Origin: Macrostomum lignano
Lineage: Eukaryota
Assembly (NCBI GenBank): GCA_002269645.1
Contig: NIVC01000225.1
Span: forward strand, 598,416-662,415
Direction: 5' to 3'
DNA length: 64,000 bases
This document shows, piece by piece, positions 26,336 to 37,420 of this stretch. The notes beneath the pieces were generated by a model. That model was given only the letters and a program-made list of their open reading frames with translations, was not told where the DNA came from and made no database searches. The position numbers and the translations under genes were made by a program. Positions within the stretch are counted from its first letter, which is position 1. Every line of letters begins with the position of its first letter.

Positions 26336-27599
26336 GACTAAAGATCTTAATAATAAAACCAATTGAAATTTATCACCTGCCTTTTCTATTACTAAAATTA
26401 GGCTTACTTAAATGATAGCTGGCTTGAATGTGTGTAGTATATACATAGGCCTATGCAGAAATGTTCCAAAAGTGAATTTTGTATCAAAATCAAAATTGAA
26501 ATCAAAATTTGCTACTTTCCAAAATTGAAATTGAAATTTTTCAAAATCAAAATTAAAAAAAACAAAGTTTAGCATGACTAGGCCTAAGACCCACTTTTTA
26601 CAAATTTAGTGCTCATGCAAAACAAAATGCATATATGTATACTATAGCAAAAGTTAGTTTTTTTTTCAACCACTGAATAGGGGGCCTAGCCCTAAATAGA
26701 AGTGCTAATTCAAAGTTAAATACAAATGTCAAAAAAACTTTTTTATATATTTCATGTTATCTATGTATATCCCTTGCTTTTAGGTTGTATGTATATATAA
26801 TGTAATCGATGCCTTCTTATTGAATAAGTGCAGAAGTCAACTATTATAAATTTCAATATAGTTTATGCAACTAGCCTATATAGGCCTAGTATAGGTACTG
26901 TTATTTTTGTGGGTATAACTTTTGTTTTTTAGTATTGATTTTTAAAATTAAAAAATCAGTCCATAGAAGAGATTTGCCGCTATCAGTTTATAAAATTTTA
27001 AATCACAGGAAGCTATAGAATAAGAGCTACAATTAAAATTAATACTATTTGTCTTTTGAGACACCCCTCCCTTATAGTCTAACTTGTAACTGGGATGTTA
27101 AAATTTAGAATGCCAAAATTAAAGGGTCTAGGCCTAGGGTCTAGGCCTAACGCTAATGATTTTTGAGTAGTGTATCAGGGCAGAAACTCACCTAAGAAAA
27201 ACCTAGACTAGCCCTAGGCCTAGGTCTACACCTGGTTATTAAGCAACTTAGGGCCTATTATTAGGGCATCTTGTTAAATTTATGGATTTTAACAGACTAA
27301 CAGTAACATATTGTAATGGAAATATTGACTACCTATGTCTACGTATAATTTATGGTTGAAGTAGTCAGGACCTAGGAATAAAAAAGTGACAGACTCACTA
27401 ATGAAACATTCGCAAAAATTAGTTTAATATGAATATTCATTTTACTTTAATAATTATATAAATAGTTATTCGCCGAGATTTAAATTTTAACGTCCTTTCT
27501 TGTGTCTAAACAGTGGCTTAGCCGTCAGATGTAAATAATACTGGCTTCTTAGTTCTGATTACAGAAGATCAAAATTAGGCCTAGTGCAAGGACTCGACT

Positions 27600-27872
27600 T
27601 AGTGGCGGATCTAGAGTTTCATTTGGGGGGGGCGGTCCAAGTTTGGGGCGCCAACACGAGTGTAAGGGGCGCCAATTTTTAAGCTAGGGGGCGTAAAAAA
27701 TGCGTGTAGGGGGGCAAAAAATCAAGCTTAGGGGCGCAAAAAAGGCGTTTGGGGGCAAAGAATCAAGTTTAGGGGACGCAAATTTAGGTTTTTGGGGGGC
27801 GCAATATGTTCAATCAAGCTATTTTTTGGGGAGGCGGTCGCCTCCCCCCGCCCCCCCCTAAATCCGCCCCTG
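27600..27872. mobile_element. MITE with ~15-bp imperfect TIRs (TAGTGGCGGATCTAG / CTAAATCCGCCCCTG)
   Basis: Terminal inverted repeats; CAAGGACT at 27587-27594 and 27873-27880 is a possible 8-bp TSD, with the left copy offset by 5 nt; internal GGGGCGC repeats. Confidence 0.65.
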
Positions 27873-28212
27873 CAAGGACTACCTAATTAGAGACTACTAC
27901 TACAACAAGATCAGTGTTGTTACTAAAGAAACAATAATATTTTTTAAAAACTACTTCAAATTTTGACAAGAAGTAAAACAAATTTATCAAAACAATCTAA
28001 GGTATAAAATGTTTTTTTTATTAGGTTTAGTTAGTATAACTTAAAAGCCTAATAGTCTTTTACCTTTCCAGTGCAATTAAACGTTGTAAAACTTTAGGTT
28101 TTTGACATTTCGGGTTTATGATATTTTGGGAACCGATCAAAAGGGAAACCGTCAGTATATTTATTGGAATTTCGAGTTCAGAATTAGACTTGTATTTGTT
28201 AATGTACATGTA

Positions 28213-31200
28213 CATGTATGAGTGGCGGTCAGGCCGGTGCACGACTGAGAGCGGGGCCCGCCTGTACACCCACCCCCTGCAGCTGTTGGGGAGTTTTCCA
28301 CAGCCAGCCAGTTTAATCTGACTCAAACCCTCCTTCTCGTTAAGTATAAATAACTAAGGTTAACAATAAATATACACAAGGTCTCTTTGCTCGCTTGCTA
28401 CACTACATGTAGCTGCCACTCGCAAGCCGCTATACATTGGTGAGCCCTATACGCAGCCATTTCGTGCAAAGGCCCCACAAACCGACTCTGCTGTGTCCCA
28501 GCTGAAATTACCCACGTTTTGGGCGGTCCAGCCTCGAGCATGGTTCACCTAGGCCGAAGATCAGTTCACCCTGAGAGACAGCACTCAGGACGAAACAAAA
28601 GTACGCCCATCCGGTCGCAGCTCTTGACCAGCAAACAGCAGAGCGTCTGCTCGATGTGCTCGAGGCTCCTCCGGAGGCGAACAAGGTACGCTAAGCTAAA
28701 GGAGCGCCGCAACAGCACTTTCGATTCAACTCCTTAGCAGCGAGCCAGCCGCCTGCTCAGCATGTCCGGCCTATGCGACCGGCGGCCTTCCGAGCTGATG
28801 GACGAGATGCTCGCCCTGCTCGAGAACGACCGCCCCTGCCTGCTGTTCGAGGAGCTGTTCCGCCAGGCGCCAGCAGCTGCCACCGGAGGTACGCATGGCC
28901 ATGACAACCGGCAGTTTTGCGGACCCCCGGGGCAGCAGCGCAGCAGGCGGACAAGATCTGGGCCAGCCAGCCAAAGCTGGTCGCGGCCTCCGTCCAGCAG
29001 CCGGCGGCAGACCCAGCCCAGCAAGCCCGGCCGGCCAGACAGAGACGGCTCCAGCAACACCGCCCGGACGGCAGCCTCACGTTGCCAGGACCTCGGCATC
29101 CGGCGCTGCTCCTGGCCGTTTATTCTGGCCGAGGTCTCCGCCCGCTGATCGGCGACGACTTTTTTATGGCACCAAGGCCTGCTGGTGGACCTCTCGCACC
29201 AGCGCCTCCTGGACGCCCGCTCGCTCGCCAGTGTGCACCTGCTGGACGGCGCGGGGCCCAGACTGCAGCTCGCCGCAGCCGCCGCTGCGGACCCGTACAG
29301 CCAGCTGCTGGCCAAGTTCCCGCCCTCACCGAGCCCAGTTTCCAGCGGGCTGATCCAGCCCACGACGACATATGGGGTGGAGCATCACATCCCGACGCAG
29401 GGCCCGCCGGTCCACGCCCGCCCTCGCCGCCTGCCGCTGCAGCTGGCGGTGGCCAAGGAGGAGTGCCGGCTCCTGGAGCAGCTCGGCATCGAGCGCCGGT
29501 CCAACAGCCCTTGGTCCTCGCCGTTGCACATGGTTGCATCCGGCGGCTGGCGGCCCTGCGGCGATTTCAGGCGGCTCATCGACGCCACGGTGCCCGACCG
29601 CTACTCGCGGTGCCGCACATCCAGGACTTCTCACCGCGCCTGGCCGGCTGCTTGGACTTCTCCAAGATCGATTTCGTGCGTGGCTACCACCAGGTGCCTG
29701 TGGCCGTAGTTGACGTGCTCAAGACCGCTGTCACCACCTCGTTCGGCCTCCTCGGGGTCTTGCGAATGCCGTTCGGCCTCAAAAACGTCAACCAGGCCTT
29801 CCAGACTTCGTTTTCGCCTACATCAACGACTTCTTGGTCGCTAGCCGCAGCCCGCAGCAGCACATGGTGCACCTGCGGACGCTGTTCCAGCGCCTGGCCG
29901 AGAACGGCCTTATCGTCAACCCGGCCAAGTGCGAGTTCGGCCGCAGCGAGATCGACTTCCTCGGCCACCGGATCAGCGCCCAGGGGGCCGTGCCGCTGCC
30001 CGCCAAAGTCGACGCCATCGCCATGTTCGCACCACCAGCCACCGTCAAGAGCCGCCGGCATGGTGAATTTCTACCACCGCTTCGTGCCGCGCGCCGCCCA
30101 GCTGCTGCGCCCCATCCATGCGGCCATGGCCGGCAAAGAGAAGTTCGTCCGGTGGACGCCCAAGCTGACCGCCGCTTTCGACGGAGCGAAGCGGGCGCTG
30201 GCCTCCGCCGCCATGCTGGCGCACCCGCGGCCATACGACGCCTCCGATACCGCAGTCGGCGCGGCGCTCGAGCAGCGGGTTGGTAGCCTTGTTCGCCCTG
30301 TACCTGGCGGTCCGGCACTTTCACTATTTTCTCGAGGGCCGCGCGTTTACCGCTTTCACGGACCACAAGCCACTGGTCGCCGCCATGTCCAAGACGTCTG
30401 ACCCGTTGTCCGCCAGACAGCAGCGCCACCTGGCTTACGTGTCCGAGTTCACCACGGACATCCAGCACGTGGCGGGCAAGGATAACTCGGTCGCAGACGC
30501 GCTGTCCCGCTGCACGGTCTCTTCGGTGCAGCCCCGGCTACTCCCCGGCGTGGATTTCGCGGCAATGGCGCAGGCGCAGGCCAGTCAGGCCGACGCCAGC
30601 CTTCAACTTGACCCGCTGCAGCTCAGCCCCAGTGTCGCCCTGCGTTGCGACATCTCCACGGTCCGGCCGCGCCCGTTGGTGCCGCCGAATTTCCGACGCT
30701 CCGTTTTTGACGCTTCCACAGTCTCGCCCACCTGTCCGTCCGCAGCACGAGGCGCCTCGTGGCCGTCAAGTTCGTGTGGGCCGGCATGAGCAAGGACGTC
30801 AGCCGCTGGGCTCGGACCAGTGTCGCCTCCGCTGGCCAAGGTACAGCGGCACGTCGCCGCCCCGGTTGGCAACATCCGCGTTCCGGACCAGCGCTTCGCC
30901 CACGTGCACGTCGACCTGGTGAGGCTGCTGTCGCCTTCGCAAGGCTTCACGCACCTGCTGACCATCGTGGACCGTTTCACCCGGTGGCCGGAGGCGATCC
31001 CGATGACTGACACCTCCGCGGCCGCGTGCGCCTCCGCCTTCATCGCTGATTGGATCGCCAGGTTCGGCGTTGCCGAGCGCTATCACATCGGATCGCGGCT
31101 CGCAGTTCACGTCGCAGCTGTGGTCCAACGTCTCACGACTCCTCGGAATGCAGCTCCACCGGACAACGGCTTTCCATCCGCAGGCGAACAGGCTGATCGA

Positions 31201-31700
31201 ACGATTCCACCGGCAGCTGAAGGCCTCCCTCATGGCGCGACTGGCCGCACCAGACTGGGTCAGCGAGCTGCCCTGGGTGCTGCTCGGCATCCGGACGGCC
31301 CCCGAGGAGGACCTGCCGGCATCGTCGGCCGAGCTGGTCTACGGTGCGCCCCTCTACGTGCCCGGCGAGTGCCTGCAGCCCAGCCCGCTGGCCGTCGAAC
31401 ACGACCAGTTCCTCGCCCGGCTCCGCGGTGCCGTCCAGGCATTCCGGCCGACGCCGACGTCCCGTCACAGCAGCCGCCCCACCGCCTGGCCCGCCGCCCT
31501 CGACGCCTGCCAGTTCATCTTCATCCGGCGCGATGGCCACCGCCCCCCGCTGCAGCGACCTTACGACGGCCCGTTCAAGGTCCTCGAGCGGGACACCAAA
31601 GCTTTAATTCCTGCTGGATTTGGGCACTCGCCGCGACTGGGTGTCAGTGGAGAGGCTGAAGCCAGCCGTCATCGACGCGAACGACCCTGTACCGACGCTG
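28213..31700 (+). mobile_element. Degenerate Gypsy LTR retrotransposon (5' LTR candidate, PBS, gag, RT, RNase H, integrase), 3' LTR missing
   Basis: AATAAA then ...TATACA|TTGGTGAGCCC (LTR end 28436 plus PBS); gag KLPTFWAVQPRAWF; RT SPWSSPLHMV, RPCGDFRRL, FSKIDFVRGYHQ, MPFGLKN, YIND (dead YxDD); RH TDHKPL, GKDNSVADALSR; IN HVHVDLV, VDRFTRWPEAIP, SDRGSQF, HPQANRLIER, PYDGPF. Many frameshifts; no protease DTG seen. LTR start uncertain. Confidence 0.95.
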
Positions 31701-32648
31701 GCTCTGCGACCGAGAGTATTGGGAACATATAGTGTATTTTTGTGTATTGATTATTATTTAATCACTAGTTGTAATAAATTTAGGTATGTATATTTACAAT
31801 TGATTATTACTTTTTTTACCGTATGATTCCAAGAATTCGTTTGGTATTTAAACCGCGGGTAGAATTCAATTTTGTACTTCTTTTTTCCCGTCGTTTCGCG
31901 CCGCCTCCTGATTGCTCCAAGTCGTATTTCTATTAGTCAGTCATAATCTTTATTCCTTTAGTTCAAGCAATTTAGATATATAGAATATCAAAGTATCAAA
32001 TCGTTAAATAAAAATAAATATTACTCGTAAATAATTAGCCGTCTGAACGTGAACTAATAAACCGCTACACCAAAGCTTTTTGCATATATGGTAGATTTGT
32101 GCAGTGTATGGTTTTGTAGGTAGACAAAGATTAATTTTTCACGAGTGGCGAAGCCACGAGAGTGACTGAAATTAATCATTGACAAAACCATATATTCACA
32201 AGCACATTGTCTCATGAATGTATTTTTAGTGGCTTTGAATAACATATGGTTTTGAAACGTTGAATATGAGCGTACAGTAAACTACACATGTATGTATTTT
32301 TTCAAAAACCTATAATTTCACATCATACATATACTTCTTCAGCTAGCCAACTGCCCAAAATCTTTTAATTTCATGGTTGCTCTGCAGACCCCTTTTGGCC
32401 ATAGACAAAGAAAATAAAAGTGTTCAACAGCTTGATTCTCACACCCTAGGGGTTAAACTGCTTGCTCCTTGGGCTCAATTTGGTTTGGAAAGTGCATGCA
32501 AATGCAATATTTGCTACAATTTATTGATCTATCGTCTTTTTCTACAAAAGAATCCGTGGAAAATATGTTATACTCGTATTTTCACTGGTCTGGAGTTGAC
32601 ACTTCGATAACAATTTCTTAACAGATTATTATTTTGCAAATTCGGAAA

Positions 32649-34551
32649 ATGAAAACAGCGTGTCTCCATCAGGTGCTGCTGCTCCTACCGTTCGTGGAGT
32701 TAATTCTGCTGACGATTGTTGGTGAGCAGGCAAATTCGATCAGTGCAGGTCCCTACTGCTTCTGAAAGCAGAGTTAACACACAAATATATGTACAGGGCA
32801 CATGCACTATTTAGTCTGCAGATAGGGTGATTTTCAGAACTATACGAGTACTATAGTCACAATATATACTACGAGAGCAGCTATACCAGTCACAAATGTA
32901 CAATTCATAAGCTGAGTAACCTACCCCAATACTTAAAGGTTCTTGTACATTACTTTTATTACCGCCGTTAAAGCTTCTAACCATGGGTACTAATTTACTT
33001 TTAACATAATCGTTTAAAACATGCGAAACATGAGAGACATGCGAAAAATGATCAAGCAGTGTACTTACATATGTAACGCACCTCTTATAAATAATAATTA
33101 AAAATTGTATTTATACAGCCGCTGAAGGTACCACCGAAGCCACCATCTGGAACTAGATGAATTACCTGTGTCATCTTATGCATGAAAGTTTAGCAGTAGA
33201 CAGAACTGGCAATTCGAAAATACTCTCAGTCGCGCTTTCGCGTCAGATCGGTCACATCCGGTTTTAAAAACATTGCTTCAGATAAACTCTCAAGCTGTAT
33301 TATATTATAATAGGTCTGTATTGGCCCTAGCTACTTGTGAATACGAGAAATCTCAAATGGGAATCTCAAATGTGACAATTGACTGCCAGTGACATTTGAC
33401 TGTCAGTGACACTTGATTGTCAGTGACATTTGACTGCTAGTGACATTTGACTGTCAGTGACACTTGATTGTCAGTGACATTTGACTGTCAGTGACATTTG
33501 ACTTCCAGTGAAATTTGACTGCCGGCAATGTGACTCCTATAAATGGCGCAGCTGCTTCCTTATTTTGGCGCTGAAGCACTTCGTCAGGGTATGGGGGGTC
33601 GAACCTCGCAAGAAATGTCTAGATCATCCACGCCTGCAGGGCGTCAAATCTTACCTGCGACACAAGAAAGTGCATGGTGTTACTATTTAAAATCCCGCCC
33701 GTGGGCACCGATAAGCGCCAAACTCTCTACGTAAGCTGTGGCGCCAGTTACGGTGTTATAAGCTCGCCTGCAGCGCTAAAATCTCAATGAAGTGATAAAA
33801 TGACCCCTGATGAAGGAAAGCAGTTGAACCTTTCCCAAGAGAAAGCTAATTCCGCGTCCCTGCATGTGACCCCTGGCTGACGTGAACCCTCCCGCAGACA
33901 AAAGTACATGCACAAGCACATGTCACTTTTAGAGTCTATAGTTGACGCTAAAATTGCGACATTAAAAGTTGAGATAGTGAAATTTTTCAGAAAGAGATGA
34001 AATTCACAGAGAAAGTTACAGGAGGGCTGTGTGGGCACCCTGTCGCAAAGGACTTGGGGGTCGCCAGGCACAGCCTCAATTACCCCAGCTAATGCTGGCA
34101 CTCATTTTACAGCTGCATGGGTGAACTGAAGCAATGCAGAGTTATAAATGTCTTGCTCAAGGACACAAATTGTTCCGAGTGGGTCGATAATCGAACCCCC
34201 GACCTTTCAGTGTTTTTGCATAAAAATTCAGAAAATTTCTCCCTATGTGCGTAAGAAAGGCGAGAGAGATGATCGACTGAACTATACTTAACCACGCATT
34301 TGTGTGCCGTTTCGTACTTTCTAGCTGAAGGCCACCCGCTGGTTGACCTCCGCAAAGTGTCATGCAAGCCGTATGAGCAAATCTACTGCGCAAACGGTGG
34401 CAGCTGCACCGTGACGGTCATCTGGTCGCTGCTGTTCAGCCGAAATGTAAAGCGAATCGACCGGCCGACCTGCGAGTGTCCGATTGGCTACAGCGGCTAC
34501 AACTGCGACATCCCAGAGCTGCCGCCTTACCTACTCTCGTACTTGCATTAG
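32649..34551 (+). CDS. Secreted single-EGF-domain protein (99 aa), 2 exons
   Basis: Exon 1 32649-32721 (MKTACLHQVLLLLPFVELILLTIV, donor GTGAGC) joins in phase 1 to exon 2 34325-34551 (EGHPLVDLRKVSC-x7-C-x5-C-x22-CxC-x8-CDIPEL...LH*). AATAAA follows at ~34645. Confidence 0.8.
33372..33525. repeat. 17-bp minisatellite (CAGTGACATTTGACTGT)n in the EGF-gene intron
   Basis: Visible tandem units. Confidence 0.9.
34040..34215 (-). mobile_element. tRNA-derived SINE fragment with a V-SINE-like core
   Basis: Minus strand carries B-box-like GGTTCGATT (34189-34197) followed by GTGTCCTTGAGCAAGACA (34149-34166). Boundaries approximate. Confidence 0.5.
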
Positions 34552-34935
34552 ACAGAGTTGCAATGTGGAATTAAATCGATTATTAGTGATATAAATAGAG
34601 TAGGCGACTATGTACGTGTTTCAAAGTTGGCCTTTCTTTTTGAGAAATAAAAAACTGTTTCAAATTCTGCTTTTACGATTTGTCAATACTGCTGTCGTTT
34701 GCTGTTGAAGTCGCTGATTCTTTTACGGTGGAGCGATACGTGATGCCATTTTTTTCTCGAGCTGCGGATGCTGCGGATGCTGCGAGAATTTCTCTCCTTC
34801 TCAAACCGGCCCCCTAATTTATACTTATGCAGCAACATTGAAAAGTCGCCACTCTTTGCGCCAGTGAGCAATTTCTGTTGGACTATTCTGAAATAGAAGA
34901 TGCGAGAAAACTGATCGGGGCAGCTTTAACAGTAG

Positions 34936-36214
34936 AACTACCAAGAGGGGGGAATCCCCCTGACAATGTTTTCTGTTGCGCACCTTCTCAAACAAGAATC
35001 AAGTTGCCAGCCCTCCGGACCGTCGAGATATTCGACGATTCTGCCAGAAGGTCGGATTTTTCCCATAAGCGCTAGTGTATTCAGTACACCCCTGTGCGCC
35101 AATTAGCACTGCGCCTCAGTGCAGCCTTGCCAAGCCTCCAAATTTCATCAGCACGTCGATCACATGTGTCTGCATCAGCTGTGACTTCGTTGGTCATAGC
35201 CTTCACCCAAGCGGAGCTTCTGGACCTTCAACAGGTGGCACCAGGTGACTATGGACAGCCTGATGCGAATTTCTCTAGTTTCGCCGATCAAGCCTCGCGA
35301 CAGTGGGCAAGCCTCAACTGCTGGACATCCTCAGCTAGTCACTTAAGCATTCCGTCATCACCCCGACGCCGTCGGCTCCTTCAACAGGTGGCACCAGGGG
35401 ACTTATGAAGATCCTGTTGCAACTATGTCAGATTTTTCTTATCAAGCTTTAATAATGGGCAAACTTTAACTCCTGGCCATTCTCAGCTAGACTCTCAAAC
35501 GGCCATTAACACTTGACGTAATGACGTAAACGTGATGACGTAATTAGTTAATTGAACCGGAAATTGAACCGAATTTTCCTAAGAGAAAAAAAATCAATTT
35601 TTTGTATGGACTCAAGATCAAGTAAAACTAGTGTAACTAAAATTGATAACAAATAAAAAACCATCTCTTTGGGTGTCTATAGTCCTGTTTTGTCTTCTTG
35701 AAGGTACCGAGGCGTCGGGGTGATGACGGAATGCTTGAGAGACTAGCTGAGGATATCCAGCAGTTGAGGCTTGCCCACTGTCGAGGCTTGATCGGCGAAA
35801 CTAGAGAAATTCGCATCAGGCTGTCCATATAGTCACCTGGTGCCACCTGTTGAAGGTCCAGAAGCTCCGCTTGGGTGAAGGCTAGTAAACAACGAAGTCA
35901 CTGCTGATGAAGACACATGTGATCGACGTGCTGATGAAATTTGGAGGCTTGGCAAGGCTGCACTGAGGCGCAGTGCTAATTGGCGCACAGGGGTGTACTG
36001 AATACACTAGCGCTTATGGGAAAAATCCGACCTTCTGGCAGAATCATCGAATATCTTGACGGTCCGAAGGGCTGGCGACTTGATTCTTGTTTGAGAAGGT
36101 GCGCAACAAAAAGTTAGCCCGTGTTCTTGACTTTCGTGTGCCTGCGTTGCTCCAATACGGCGCAGCAGAAAACATTGTCAGGGGGGGGGGGGAATTCCCC
36201 CCCTCTTGGTAGTT
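34936..36214. mobile_element. Foldback-type element: ~450/520-bp inverted arms around a ~310-bp spacer
   Basis: 34936-35384 is the reverse complement of 35698-36214 with few mismatches and one ~70-bp indel; no TSD found. Confidence 0.88.
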
Positions 36215-37284
36215 TGACGGGCGGAAAAATGGCTTGGTATTCCTACCTGTTAATCCGTCCAACCCTCGCACCGCTCCCTCCACTTCATTCCTTAACTCAA
36301 GTCTGCCGCGGCGTAGCTAAGTTGCGTCACTCGCATAGATTGAGAGACTTTACCTGCCCTCTCAAAAGTGGCGATCGCAGACAGAATCACAGCAGGTTGT
36401 ACACAGCGGCCACATTCAAGCATTTCGTCGAGGTCTTTGGACGACCTTCTTCTCTAATTGGTTCGTCAGTCCAATGGAAATGGCTTCATCATGAAATACA
36501 TACAGTCTTTCTCAGCAGTGGCTTCGTTGGCGCTGCATGGAGCCTCGACGAAAGATCAGGAACAGCGTTATCGCTCTTGACTACTCCTTGGAATGCAGGA
36601 ATAATATGCTCGTACAGCTGGGGATCAATTTTGCTGAACACATGCTTTATGAGCTGCATAAATATGATGTATATTATTTGTGAGAATGATGAGGACGCAT
36701 CTTTTTGCAATCTTAAAACCGCACATTTCGCTTCGATGCGCTTTTCCCCTACTGTCAGTAGGCTAGCTTAGGAATCTCTCTTCATTCTCTCATCCAGGCT
36801 AAGTTCTACACTAATTTATGCCATCACTATTAATTATGATAAATACTCAATTTACTTCTCTTCTAAATATACTAAATTAGGATTCTAATTTTGGATTGTT
36901 TACGCATCTTTGAAGGTCAGACTGTCTGGGTTTAAGACGGATTGACCTCTAGCAGTCTAGACAGGCGACACTAAGTCTGGAAGGAATGGTTTCAACCCCA
37001 TTCTGACCCCCAGATTTGCGGCTTTTTCACTGTTTTCAGTGATTTATGGCCGTCTAGCTGTCACTTTTGGCTCCAGCCTGTCTGGGTCAAAGAGGTCTTT
37101 CCAGCTTTCTCCCCACTCGCTCTGTTACTTTCTCTTTTAATTTATGGGTGTTTTGCTGTCACTTTTGGTGCCAGGATGTCTAGACAAGTGACTTTTATTG
37201 TTTTGCGCATGATTTATGACCGCACCTGTCATCTTCCCTGGGGTCTGAAGGCCACCTGGTGGGGTGGGTTTTGGGGTCTTGAGC

Positions 37285-37420
37285 TCAGCCAATCAGAGTC
37301 GACCTGACTGCCCCCGGCTCGACCAATCAGAAAATTCGGCGCCTATTTTAAAAAAGCTCTCAGCCAATCAGAAAATTCGGCGCGCGTTATAACAAATCGG
37401 CCGCATGAGAGCTATAAAAG
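37285..37420 (+). promoter_or_regulatory. Pol II promoter-like cluster: three CCAATCAG boxes plus TATAAAA
   Basis: CCAAT at 37289, 37323 and 37364; GCTATAAAAG at 37411-37420; boxes 2 and 3 share ccaatcagaaaattcggcgc. Confidence 0.6.

Noticed and set aside
25719-26341. F/S/L-rich membrane-like ORFs (and the purine-tract ORFs at 40249-40968)
   Set aside because: Low-complexity composition.
28910-31660. Long GC-rich alternative-frame and antisense ORFs over the Gypsy element
   Set aside because: By-products of high GC content; the true pol frames are fragmented by frameshifts.
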